Source: a bacterium (lineage in GTDB: Bacteria > Patescibacteriota > Minisyncoccia > Phycocordibacterales > UBA9973). From it: a DNA stretch of 64,000 bases. Below are positions 40,513 through 50,006 of the stretch, piece after piece. Where the stretch lies: NCBI GenBank assembly GCA_037130655.1, contig JBAXSP010000004.1, positions 337 to 64,336 on the forward strand, in the 5' to 3' direction. The notes under the pieces were generated by a model, which did not search any database, had not been told where the DNA came from, and saw only the letters and a program-made list of their open reading frames with translations. Position 1 is the stretch's first letter. Every line of letters starts with the position of its first letter. Both the position numbers and the translations under genes were made by a program.

Positions 40513-41856
40513 ATGCAAGACTACAAACAACTTTGGGATAGCTGTTTAATCGAAATAGAGTCAGGTCTTTCAAAAGCCAATTTTAATACTTGGTTTAAAA
40601 ATACATCAATAATCAAACAAGACGCCGGTACGGTATATATCGGAGTACCAAATGAATTCGTCAAAGAGTGGTTAGTAACAAGATTCAATAAATTGATACT
40701 AAAAACACTTATGAATTACACGGAAAATATCCGTGGAGTAGAATATACCATTGTAAAACAAGATCAAAACAAGAAAAATATCGAAAATAGTCCATCATAT
40801 CAGAACGCAACACTTCCGCTCGACGATTTATATGTGAACAAAGAGGATAATTTGAATCCTCGATATATTCTAGATACTTTTATTGTTGGATCATTCAACG
40901 AGTTGGCTTATGCTGCCTCTCAAGCAATTATCAAGGCACCAGGAAAGAGTTATAACCCGTTTTTTGTCTATGGAAATAGTGGTCTCGGAAAAACACACCT
41001 CATTGAGGCAATAGGGAACACTATTAAGAAGAATGATTCGAGTAAAAAGATTTACTATACAACACTTGAGCGTTTCTATATTGAGTGTGTAAATGCTATT
41101 CAAGCCAATAAAATCAATATTTTCAAGGAAAAATACCGAAAATTCGACGTGTTGATTATTGATGACGTCCAATTTATTACCGGAAAAACTCGTACACAAG
41201 ATGAATTGTTCCATGTTTTCAATACTTTGTATGACACAAACAAACAAATCGTGTTTTCATCTGATAAACACCCCAATTTCATTGCCGGCCTCGAAGATCG
41301 TTTGAAGTCACGCTTTTCTCAAGGGATGATCGTTGAAGTACTTGAACCAGAATATGAGTCTCGTATTGCCATTTTGAACGAAAAAGCAAAACAAATGAAT
41401 AAAAACATTAATCCTGAGGTAATTGAATATATTGCATCGGTGGTTGAAGGGAATATTCGTGAACTAGAGGGGACTTTGAACTCTATTATCTGCCAAAGTG
41501 ATCTTCGAAACCGCCCAGTAGACATCAACGAAGTCAAACAATTCCTCAAAAACGTTGTTCGTCCCAAAAAACAGGTAGCTGTCGAAGAAGTCGTCAAAAC
41601 AATTGCTGATTTCTACGGTATAGACGAGCAATCTATCTATGAAAAGACTCGTCGTAAGGAAATTGTCCACGCAAGACAGATGGTAATGTTTATTCTCCGT
41701 GAAGAATTCAGTGTCTCTTTCCCATTAATCGGTCAAAAACTAGGAGGGAAGGATCACACAACAGTGATTCACTCGTGTACAAAAATAAAATCAGAATTAT
41801 TACACAATCCAGTACTTGGTCAAGAGCTTGAAAAACTAAAAATCTTGTTCAGATAA
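40513..41856 (+). CDS. dnaA: Chromosomal replication initiator DnaA
   Basis: YNPFFVYGNSGLGKTHL, IDDVQF, GNIRELEG, GGKDHTTV; ATG 40513 preferred over 40504 because TATAAT occupies 40500-40505. Confidence 0.98.
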   Translation: MQDYKQLWDSCLIEIESGLSKANFNTWFKNTSIIKQDAGTVYIGVPNEFVKEWLVTRFNKLILKTLMNYTENIRGVEYTIVKQDQNKKNIENSPSYQNATLPLDDLYVNKEDNLNPRYILDTFIVGSFNELAYAASQAIIKAPGKSYNPFFVYGNSGLGKTHLIEAIGNTIKKNDSSKKIYYTTLERFYIECVNAIQANKINIFKEKYRKFDVLIIDDVQFITGKTRTQDELFHVFNTLYDTNKQIVFSSDKHPNFIAGLEDRLKSRFSQGMIVEVLEPEYESRIAILNEKAKQMNKNINPEVIEYIASVVEGNIRELEGTLNSIICQSDLRNRPVDINEVKQFLKNVVRPKKQVAVEEVVKTIADFYGIDEQSIYEKTRRKEIVHARQMVMFILREEFSVSFPLIGQKLGGKDHTTVIHSCTKIKSELLHNPVLGQELEKLKILFR

Positions 41857-42236
41857 TAAATAAAATTGTGGATAAACCCTGTGGATACTGTGTGTAAAAG
41901 GATAGACAAGACTGTGAATAATAAAAAGTAAAAAGTGGATAAAAACAGGTGTGTAAAAGTTATATTTTTACCCCAAAGTTACCAACAGGATATTTTGTGT
42001 ATAAGTTTTACCAAAAGAAGCTTGTGGTATATAGAAAAAGAAGGTAATTAACACTATCAACAGACCTATCATAATCATCATATAATTATATATAATATAT
42101 AATATAACTATCTTAAAAACAGAAAACACAAAGATAGTTATATTTCGTCTTCGACTCGGACGACGTAAAAGTAACAATCTTTTACTCGCTCCTCGCTTGA
42201 CGAAATAACAACGTAAAAAATAATTAAACTAACGAC
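41857..42236. other. Probable oriC (dnaA-dnaN intergenic)
   Basis: DnaA boxes at 41867, 41880, 41913, 41934, 42054; trio-like repeat and AT-rich tract 42065-42110; gene-strand switch nearby. Confidence 0.8.
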
Positions 42237-43334
42237 ATGAAATTCGAAGCCTCAATAGAAAAAATAAAAGAAGCGATTGTAAACACTGATCGAATTGCGG
42301 GCAAGAATTTATCATTACCAGTTCTTGGAAGTATCTTAATTATCGCATCAGATAAAAAGCTCAAATTGCGTTCTACAAACCTTAGTATCGGCATAGAGGT
42401 AGATGTACCCGCAAAAGTTGAAAAAGATGGCGTAGTGGCAGTACGTGCCGAAATACTGGCAGGTTTCTTCTCTAATCTAGTCGGTGGAGGAATGGTTTCT
42501 TTTGAACAAGTTGAAAACACTATTGTTCTTAGTACAAAACAAGTCACTTCTCGTATCAAAACAATTCCACACGAAGATTTTCCAACGATTCCAGTGATTG
42601 ATGGTGAAGGAAATAAGATTAATGCTCAAAAATTCAACGAAGGATTACGTGCAGTGTATTATTCAGCAGCTGTCTCTGATATCAAGCCTGAAATCGCAAG
42701 TATTTATGTGTATAAAGATGGTGAAAAGTTGGTATTCGTTGCAACAGACTCATTCCGTCTTTCTGAAAAGAAGATTCAGCAAAGTGTTGAAAATTTTGAA
42801 TCAATGTTGATTCCATGGAAAAATGTTGTTGAAATAATGCGGTTATTGGACAGTGTACAAGGAGATTTTGTTTTGACACACACAAAGACGCAGATTGCTA
42901 TCACTGACAAAGAACAAGGATTATACCTGACTTCTCGGGTGATCGACGGAAATTTCCCAGATTATCGACTTATTTTTCCAAAAGAAGTATTGATCGAAGT
43001 GAATATTTTGAAACAAGAATTTGTGCAGTCATTGAAATTGGCAACAATTTTTTCTGATAAATTCAATCAGATCACATTGAATATCAATGCGGATACAAAC
43101 ACTTGTTCTGTTGCTTCAAAAAACAACGAAACTGGTGAGCAAGATATTGTGGTTCCATGTAAAGTAACTGGCGGAAGTATCACCGCGAGTTTCAACTACA
43201 AACACTTTATGGATTGCTTTTCTTCAGTTGGTGGTGACACGGTCAAACTATCGTTTACTCAACCACAAAAACCAGTGCTGGTGAGCGGGACAGATAATAG
43301 TTTTACTTATTTGATAATGCCACTCAACCGCTAA
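42237..43334 (+). CDS. dnaN: DNA polymerase III beta sliding clamp
   Basis: LPVLGSILI, VATDSFRL, SRVIDGNFPDY, YLIMP. Confidence 0.97.
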   Translation: MKFEASIEKIKEAIVNTDRIAGKNLSLPVLGSILIIASDKKLKLRSTNLSIGIEVDVPAKVEKDGVVAVRAEILAGFFSNLVGGGMVSFEQVENTIVLSTKQVTSRIKTIPHEDFPTIPVIDGEGNKINAQKFNEGLRAVYYSAAVSDIKPEIASIYVYKDGEKLVFVATDSFRLSEKKIQQSVENFESMLIPWKNVVEIMRLLDSVQGDFVLTHTKTQIAITDKEQGLYLTSRVIDGNFPDYRLIFPKEVLIEVNILKQEFVQSLKLATIFSDKFNQITLNINADTNTCSVASKNNETGEQDIVVPCKVTGGSITASFNYKHFMDCFSSVGGDTVKLSFTQPQKPVLVSGTDNSFTYLIMPLNR

Positions 43335-43335
43335 T

Positions 43336-43593
43336 ATGGCCGAGCGAATGACGTCGTATATCGAGCAATTACTCGGTAAACTACAACAAAAAGAAAACGT
43401 TAAGAAAAAAATCGCCGAAATAATATTGTCTGTCACTAAGGTTCCAGTTGAACCGAAAAATATCAGCGCAAAAAATGGTGTCTTGTTCGTCAAAGAAAGC
43501 GGTATGAGAAAACAAGAGATTGTGATGAATAAGCAGAAGATTATTGAAGGAATACAAAAGGAAGTTGGTTCGCTTTTTCTTGATATAAAATAA
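43336..43593 (+). CDS. Small protein, possibly DciA/DUF721-like
   Basis: Directly after dnaN; NGVLFVK...KQEIVMNKQKIIEGI pattern. Confidence 0.5.
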   Translation: MAERMTSYIEQLLGKLQQKENVKKKIAEIILSVTKVPVEPKNISAKNGVLFVKESGMRKQEIVMNKQKIIEGIQKEVGSLFLDIK

Positions 43594-43603
43594 AACTCTT
43601 CTC

Positions 43604-43696
43604 AGTTGTAATTTTTTAAGAACACAGATATTTTTCTGGTGAAAAATTCCTTTGCTCGCCTACCCGGCTGCGCAAGTTTCTTAAAAAATTACAACT
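43604..43696 (-). mobile_element. Palindromic element (ATTTTTCACCAGAAAAAT family), intergenic copy
   Basis: Perfect 19-bp inverted arms AGTTGTAATTTTTTAAGAA; minus-strand core GCGCAGCCGGGTAGGCGAGCAAAGGAATTTTTCACCAGAAAAATA. Confidence 0.8.
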
Positions 43697-43755
43697 CTAA
43701 AATATTTTGAAAAAATAAAAACTTCCGAATATCGGAAGTTTTTATTATAGAAAAA

Positions 43756-43900
43756 AGCTCGAATCTCCAAACAATCCTTGTGTTAATAAAAAAACAAGTA
43801 GTCAGATTGCAAAGGATAGCCCCAGCAGACGGTAAACCGTAACCAAGACGTCCTCTTTAAAATAACTTGAGCGTAAGCCGATTGCTTAGAGATTTGAGCC
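43756..43900 (-). ncRNA. Candidate stand-alone structured ncRNA
   Basis: 21-bp closing stem with G-U pairs on the minus strand, nested inner stems, TATACT upstream (~43925-43930), terminator downstream (~43714-43746). Confidence 0.5.
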
Positions 43901-44131
43901 TTCTTTTGATATACTAGAAAAAATAGTATATACCATATTTTTAACCTGAAAACAGTTTAACATATTATACTTTTTTTGTCAACTACCTTGTTATAAAATC
44001 GTTATATATCAAATAAATGTAAGGATTTTCAGATGTAGATGAAATTCGATGAAAAAATGAGTATTCGAGCGAGATGTATAAATTATACATTGAGTGAGAA
44101 ACGGAATTTTTGAAGAAGAAGTTCGCTACAT

Positions 44132-45127
44132 ATGGAAATTCTAGATAGCATGCAAAAAGAACAGCACACAGACGGAAGACTCGACCAAACACTTCGCCCA
44201 AATACGTGGGATGAATATATTGGACAAGAACACATCAAAGAAAATGTGCGAATTTTGCTTGAAGCTGCAAAAGAACGTGAACACCATGCAGAGCATTTAC
44301 TTTTTTATGGGCCACCAGGACTCGGAAAAACAACACTCGCTCATTTGATTGCGAAACATACCGGTAGAAATATTCGTTCAACATCAGGGCCAGCGATTGA
44401 AAAAGTTGGTGACCTTGCATCGATTCTTACAAACCTAACAGCAGGAGATATTTTGTTTATTGATGAGATTCATCGGTTGAATAAAATGATTGAAGAAGTT
44501 TTGTATCCGGCAATGGAGTCTGGGGTGCTTGATATTATTATCGGAAAAGGGCCATCTGCTCGAACAATCCAACTTGAATTACCACCATTTACCTTGATTG
44601 CTGCAACGACTCGTGTGGCATCACTTTCTTCTCCGCTCCGTTCACGTTTTTCCGGTGGAACATTTCGATTGGAATTTTATACGAATGAAGAATTGAAAAA
44701 AATTATTGCTCGTTCGGCGAAGTTGCTTGGTATTGAGTTGTCTGATACTGCGCTAAATGAAATTGCGATTCGTAGTCGCAGTACTCCGAGAACTGCCAAT
44801 CATTTTCTCAAGCGTGCACGAGATTTTGCTCAAGTACACAAAAAAGAATTGGATGACAAAACTGTCCGTGAAGCATTGGCATTGCTCGGTATTGATGAAC
44901 TAGGTTTGACTCAAACAGATCGAAAAATATTGGAAGTAATGATTGAAAAATTCAATGGTGGGCCAGTTGGTTTGAACACAATCTCTGCTGCAACAGGAGA
45001 GGAAGAAGCAACAGTCGAAGAAGTCATCGAGCCGTACCTATTACAACTTGGTTTGATTGAACGGACACCAAGAGGAAGAACTGTGACTAAAAAAGCATAT
45101 ACCCATCTTGGTTTTGATTTGAAATAA
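44132..45127 (+). CDS. ruvB: Holliday junction branch migration helicase RuvB
   Basis: LRP...YIGQ, GPPGLGKTT, FIDEIHRL, GGPVGL, RTPRGR. Confidence 0.98.
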   Translation: MEILDSMQKEQHTDGRLDQTLRPNTWDEYIGQEHIKENVRILLEAAKEREHHAEHLLFYGPPGLGKTTLAHLIAKHTGRNIRSTSGPAIEKVGDLASILTNLTAGDILFIDEIHRLNKMIEEVLYPAMESGVLDIIIGKGPSARTIQLELPPFTLIAATTRVASLSSPLRSRFSGGTFRLEFYTNEELKKIIARSAKLLGIELSDTALNEIAIRSRSTPRTANHFLKRARDFAQVHKKELDDKTVREALALLGIDELGLTQTDRKILEVMIEKFNGGPVGLNTISAATGEEEATVEEVIEPYLLQLGLIERTPRGRTVTKKAYTHLGFDLK

Positions 45128-45219
45128 TTAAAATATGAAAAAATAAAAAGCGGAATATTCCGCTTTTTATTTTATTAAGGTCTATATTCTAATTACCGAC
45201 ATACTGATATACTTTCCAT

Positions 45220-45699
45220 ATGATTATTCTCGCTATTGATCCTGGTTTTGAACGATTGGGAATTGCAGTGATTGAAAAAACCACCGGACAAAAAGAAACA
45301 TTGGTTTATTCTGAGTGTTTTAAAACATCGGCAAAAATTCCACACCATGAAAGACTTGCACTAATTCAAACAAAATTTTTGGACATTATTCATATATACA
45401 AACCTGAGTGCTTGGCTATTGAAACATTACTTTTTTCAAACAACACAACAACTGCAATGCCGGTAGCTGAGGTTCGTGGTGTGTTGCTCTCGAATGCATC
45501 ATTGGAAGGACTCAAAATATTTGAATACAATCCAAATACAATCAAAGTAGCAGTAACGGGTTACGGGAAGTCTGACAAAGGGCAAGTTGCTCATATGGTA
45601 ACGAGACTTATTGATACGAAAAATAAAAAAATGATAGACGACGAACTTGATGCAATAGCTATTGGACTGACCTTTTTTGCTATCGAGAAAACAAACTAG
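45220..45699 (+). CDS. ruvC: Crossover junction endodeoxyribonuclease RuvC
   Basis: ILAIDPG, AIE, IKVAVTGYGKSDKGQV, DDELDAIAI. Confidence 0.96.
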   Translation: MIILAIDPGFERLGIAVIEKTTGQKETLVYSECFKTSAKIPHHERLALIQTKFLDIIHIYKPECLAIETLLFSNNTTTAMPVAEVRGVLLSNASLEGLKIFEYNPNTIKVAVTGYGKSDKGQVAHMVTRLIDTKNKKMIDDELDAIAIGLTFFAIEKTN

Positions 45700-45785
45700 T
45701 TTCTAATTAACAAAAACCCTTGCATCATTCTGTGGTTTTGGTATAAACGATAAATAATACTTTTAATAGATAATTTTTACGTGTA

Positions 45786-46025
45786 ATGACATACAACGAC
45801 GATACAGATAATCTTTATTGGGAAGATGACTTTGATGGTTCAACAAAGGGGCTTCATGATGAAAACGATGACGATCCATACACGGGTCATTTTGGTTTTA
45901 GTGTAAAAGATGGTGATGATGATGCTGATGTAGAAACAGCTCTTCCGTTGGAAGATGACGAACCGCTTATTGATGAAGACCTTGCTGGTCTTGCAGGAGA
46001 AAAAGAAGAAGAGGAAGCAGAGTAA
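45786..46025 (+). CDS. Small very acidic protein
   Basis: 79 aa, about 31 D/E versus 3 K by hand count. Confidence 0.65.
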   Translation: MTYNDDTDNLYWEDDFDGSTKGLHDENDDDPYTGHFGFSVKDGDDDADVETALPLEDDEPLIDEDLAGLAGEKEEEEAE

Positions 46026-46124
46026 TGTCTAATGACTAGTTACTAATGATCAATAATAAAACAACGAAGCCTATGGCTTCGTTGTTTTATGTTCGAAATA
46101 CTAGTCACTACTCATTAGTCATTA
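46023..46124. repeat. Heptamer-arm hairpin cassette #8
   Basis: Arm begins at TAA stop, hairpin ATAAAACAACGAAGCC-TAT-GGCTTCGTTGTTTTAT, TTCGAA, inverted arm. Confidence 0.9.
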
Positions 46125-46126
46125 TT

Positions 46127-48643
46127 TTAGTTTACATTAAACTGAATACTTGCTTCACCGCGGTTGTATACCGAGTCAACACCAACAACACGCAAGGTGT
46201 TTTCACTACCAACAGAAGATATTGCTGATGGGGTAAATGTGTAACTTGTGCCATTTGAAGAACCGATTAATATATTGTTGATATATACATCTATTTTTTT
46301 CAATGGATATACACCAGTAGATGAAACAGAAATGGTTACTGAATCACTTGCACCAACACTTACTCCATCGGTCGGAGTGTTAATTGTTATTTTGGGTTTT
46401 GTTGCCTCAGTGTGTACGTCATCATAACTTGTTGGTTTTGAACTTGCCGATACAGCAGGGTAACTATTTCTATTTTTGTTCCACCAATCTTGCACACTTG
46501 TTTCCCAGTGTGAGAATAGTCCATCACTACCTGGATCAAATGGTGCTGGGCCTGTTGGGTCATTTCTGTTTACCCAGTACAAAATGTCATGCACATTAGT
46601 AATCACTCGTTCCTGTTTTGTTTCTTCAGGGGTGAGATCTGTTGCAAGTTTGCCAGATATTTTGTCGATATAGAAACTTTCTCCACCAAGCCATGCACCA
46701 TGCAACACTGGTTTTTCAGGATAGGGAATTTGAGCTGTTGGGAAATTTTCTGGTTGTGTTTTTGAAAGCGCATAACGCATAAATTCATTCCATGTTGGAC
46801 CTGCAACTGCGGCACCACCTTTTTTCATTGGTTTATTGTCGTTGTTTCCCGCCCAGACACCAACGGCGATACTTGGAGTGTAGCCAACAAGCCATGCGTC
46901 TTTGTTGTTGTTGGTGGTACCTGTTTTTGCGGCAACTTGGCGTCCTTCTATGTAGAGTGCTGAATGTGCTCCAAATGTTGGAATACGTGCTTCGTTATCA
47001 GAGAGTACATTTGAAATCATGGCAGTCACATTCGGATCCATTGCTGGTGTTTCTTCTTGTTGGAATGATTCCAATTCTTTTCCTTCTTTGTCTTTGACTG
47101 AAAGAATAGGAGTAATTTTTTCTTTGACACCGTTGTTTGCAAATACACTGTACGCACTAGTCATATCAAGGAGTGACACTTCACCACCTCCGAGCACCAA
47201 AGAGAGTCCGTATTGGTTTTTGTCTCCCGTTAGGTTGACCCCGAGAGCTCGTGCGGTACGCATTGCTTCATCAACGCCAACCAAGTACAGTGTTTTCACT
47301 GCAGGGACGTTACGTGACTCTTGAAGGGCATCTCTCATACTGATAGGGCCTTTGAATTTGTTGTCGAAGTTGTCTGGGTTGTAACAATCTGCTTTTGTGC
47401 TTCCTGGGTTCGGTACGCTATATGCATTACAACGAGTAGAGAATTCTGTTCGAACATCAAACAGTGTTGTGTCTGGTGTATATCCTTTTGCAAATGCGGC
47501 CGCATAAACAAATGGTTTGAATGATGAACCTGGTTGTCTGCGAGCTGTTGCGATATTGAAGGCACCATCGATTTGTTTATCAAAATAATCTCTCGAACCA
47601 ACCATTGCAAGGATTTGTCCGTTTTTGGGATCAATAGCAACTAGTGCTTGGTTTGTTGCACCCCAATCTTTTTCTAGTTGTGGTGCGGTCTTTTTTGCTA
47701 TTTCTTCAGCTTTTTGTTGGAGATCGTAATCAAGTGTGGTGATGACATTTAATCCACCGGCTTCAAGCACACCGTCACCATATTTTTCTTGCAGGTAATT
47801 TTGAATATAAAAAACAAAGTGTGGTGCTTTGATGCCAGTTGATTCTTGTGGTTTGAATGTCACTACTTCGGCCTTTGCTTTGTCGAACTCTTCTTGAGTA
47901 ATTACCTTGGTTGCAAGCATTTTGTTCAAGACGGCGTTTTTACGGTCTTCAAGTAATGCGCGGTTTTTTCCATAGGGAGAATAAAGTGTCGGGCCTTTTG
48001 GAATAGCGGCAAGGTATGCAGATTCAGCAACAGTTAGATCAATTGGATTTTTGCCGAAGAACATCCGAGATGCTTCTTTGATTCCATACACTGTTCCGCC
48101 GTACGGAGATTCATTTAAATATAACGCCAAGATTTCATCTTTGGTCATTGTCTTTTCGATTTTCAAAGCCAAAACTACTTCTTTGATTTTTCGGGCAATA
48201 CTTTTGTCTTGAGTAAGCAGGGTGTTTTTGACTACTTGTTGGGTAATCGTTGAACCTCCTTGTTTTTTTGCACCACCATGAAGCAGGTTCACCAATACTG
48301 CGCGTGCAATAGAAGTCAAACGAATTCCATTGTGAGAATAGAATTGATCGTCTTCGATTGCGACTGTTGCTTTTTTGATGTTTTCTCCCATTTCAGAAAA
48401 TGGAATCTCAGTACGCTTGGTGTTTTTGTGAAAATCATACAAAACAATTTCACCTGTTCTATCATAGATCTTTGTTGAATTGATGACTTGTCGAGCGTCC
48501 ACATTTGAGAAATCTGGAACACCGACAAAGCCGACCCAGGCCACGATTGCTCCAACGAAGAACAATGCTGTCCCCATACCAAGGAGTACAAAATTGCGAA
48601 TAATATGCCACGTATTTTTATTAAATTTCTTTTTTATTTCCAT
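46127..48643 (-). CDS. Class A penicillin-binding protein (PBP1A family)
   Basis: AIED..FY.H.G, QGGSTITQQ, GSSFKP, SRN, KTGT; C-terminal Ig-like domain. Confidence 0.95.
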   Translation of the reverse strand: MEIKKKFNKNTWHIIRNFVLLGMGTALFFVGAIVAWVGFVGVPDFSNVDARQVINSTKIYDRTGEIVLYDFHKNTKRTEIPFSEMGENIKKATVAIEDDQFYSHNGIRLTSIARAVLVNLLHGGAKKQGGSTITQQVVKNTLLTQDKSIARKIKEVVLALKIEKTMTKDEILALYLNESPYGGTVYGIKEASRMFFGKNPIDLTVAESAYLAAIPKGPTLYSPYGKNRALLEDRKNAVLNKMLATKVITQEEFDKAKAEVVTFKPQESTGIKAPHFVFYIQNYLQEKYGDGVLEAGGLNVITTLDYDLQQKAEEIAKKTAPQLEKDWGATNQALVAIDPKNGQILAMVGSRDYFDKQIDGAFNIATARRQPGSSFKPFVYAAAFAKGYTPDTTLFDVRTEFSTRCNAYSVPNPGSTKADCYNPDNFDNKFKGPISMRDALQESRNVPAVKTLYLVGVDEAMRTARALGVNLTGDKNQYGLSLVLGGGEVSLLDMTSAYSVFANNGVKEKITPILSVKDKEGKELESFQQEETPAMDPNVTAMISNVLSDNEARIPTFGAHSALYIEGRQVAAKTGTTNNNKDAWLVGYTPSIAVGVWAGNNDNKPMKKGGAAVAGPTWNEFMRYALSKTQPENFPTAQIPYPEKPVLHGAWLGGESFYIDKISGKLATDLTPEETKQERVITNVHDILYWVNRNDPTGPAPFDPGSDGLFSHWETSVQDWWNKNRNSYPAVSASSKPTSYDDVHTEATKPKITINTPTDGVSVGASDSVTISVSSTGVYPLKKIDVYINNILIGSSNGTSYTFTPSAISSVGSENTLRVVGVDSVYNRGEASIQFNVN

Positions 48644-48702
48644 ATATAAATAGTATCACGATAGCAGGAAAAATTTTAGAAAATATGATACAGTATGCCT
48701 AT

Positions 48703-49890
48703 ATGGTAGATACTGATATACAAAAAATTAACACCCTTTTGGGGCGGGGAACAGAAGATGTTTTTGTGAAAGATGATTTGTTGAAAAAACTTTCATCAGG
48801 CAAACAACTTCGAATCAAGTTCGGTATTGATCCAACTGGACCAAAGATTCATATTGGGCGAGCGGCAGTGCTTCGTAAATTAAAAGCGTTTCAAGATTTG
48901 GGGCATCAAATTGTTTTGATTATCGGAGATTTTACCGCTCAAATTGGCGATGCTTCTGATAAGAGTGAAAAACGACCAATGCTTTCCAAGGAACAAGTGA
49001 ATGAAAATTTCAAGGCATACAAAGAACAAATTGGAAAAATTTTGGATATTTCAAAAGTAGAATTTCGATACAATAGTGATTGGCTTGCAACACTTAGCTT
49101 TGCTCAAATTTGTGAACTTGCTGAAGTTTTCACGGTGCAACAAATGATTTCTCGAAGAAATTTCAAGGAACGTATTGAAAATGGGAATGAAATTTCATTA
49201 CGAGAATTTATGTACCCACTGATGCAAGGATATGATTCTGTTATGGTTGAGGCTGATGTTGAGATTGGTGGATTCGATCAATTGTTCAACTTGAAAGCAG
49301 GAAGAATAATGCAAAAACATTTTGGAAAAGAAGAACAAAATGTGTTGACGGTGCAAATGCTTGAGGGAACAGATGGACGAAAAATGTCGACCAGTTGGGG
49401 AAATGTGATTACGATTACCGATGAACCGAACGATATGTTTGGTCACATTATGTCTGTCAAAGATGAACTAATTCCAAAATACTTTTTACTTGCGACTGAT
49501 GTTGTAACTTCAGAAATTGAAATAATTACCAAAGCAATTACTGATGGAGCAAATCCAATGATATACAAAAAGCAGTTGGCAAAAGAAATTGTTGCTCTTT
49601 ATCACGGTGCGGACGCTGCGCAGAATGCGTACGAACATTTTGAAAACACCTTCTCAAAAGGAGAAATTCCAGAACTTGCAGATATGGAAGTAGCAGGAGA
49701 AACACAACTGGTAGAAATTTGTTTGCATCACGGGCTCGTGAGTTCAAAAGGAGAATTTGCTCGACTGATTGAAAGTAAATCTATTGAACATATGGATAGT
49801 GAAAAGATTGTTGATGACAAAAATGCAATCGCACAAAGCGGCACGTATCGAATAGGGAAGAAGCGATTTATCAAAATAAAAGTCATATAA
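48703..49890 (+). CDS. tyrS: Tyrosine--tRNA ligase
   Basis: GIDPT..HIGR, YPLMQGYD, GGFDQ, KMSTS, S4-like tail. Confidence 0.96.
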   Translation: MVDTDIQKINTLLGRGTEDVFVKDDLLKKLSSGKQLRIKFGIDPTGPKIHIGRAAVLRKLKAFQDLGHQIVLIIGDFTAQIGDASDKSEKRPMLSKEQVNENFKAYKEQIGKILDISKVEFRYNSDWLATLSFAQICELAEVFTVQQMISRRNFKERIENGNEISLREFMYPLMQGYDSVMVEADVEIGGFDQLFNLKAGRIMQKHFGKEEQNVLTVQMLEGTDGRKMSTSWGNVITITDEPNDMFGHIMSVKDELIPKYFLLATDVVTSEIEIITKAITDGANPMIYKKQLAKEIVALYHGADAAQNAYEHFENTFSKGEIPELADMEVAGETQLVEICLHHGLVSSKGEFARLIESKSIEHMDSEKIVDDKNAIAQSGTYRIGKKRFIKIKVI

Positions 49891-50001
49891 TAGTGACCAG
49901 TTACTAATGACCGATGACCAATAACAAAAAAGTGACAACCAAGAGTTGTCACTTTTTTTATTCGAAACTATTGGTCACTAGTCATTGGTAATTAGTCATT
50001 A
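49888..50001. repeat. Heptamer-arm hairpin cassette #9
   Basis: AGTGACC/AATGACC arm right after the tyrS stop, hairpin AAAAAAGTGACAAC-CAAGA-GTTGTCACTTTTTT, TTCGAA, inverted arm. Confidence 0.9.
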
Positions 50002-50006
50002 TCTCT

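Noticed and set aside
43983-44201. 72-aa minus-strand ORF overlapping the ruvB start
   Set aside because: Overlaps ruvB and its promoter region, with no motif support.
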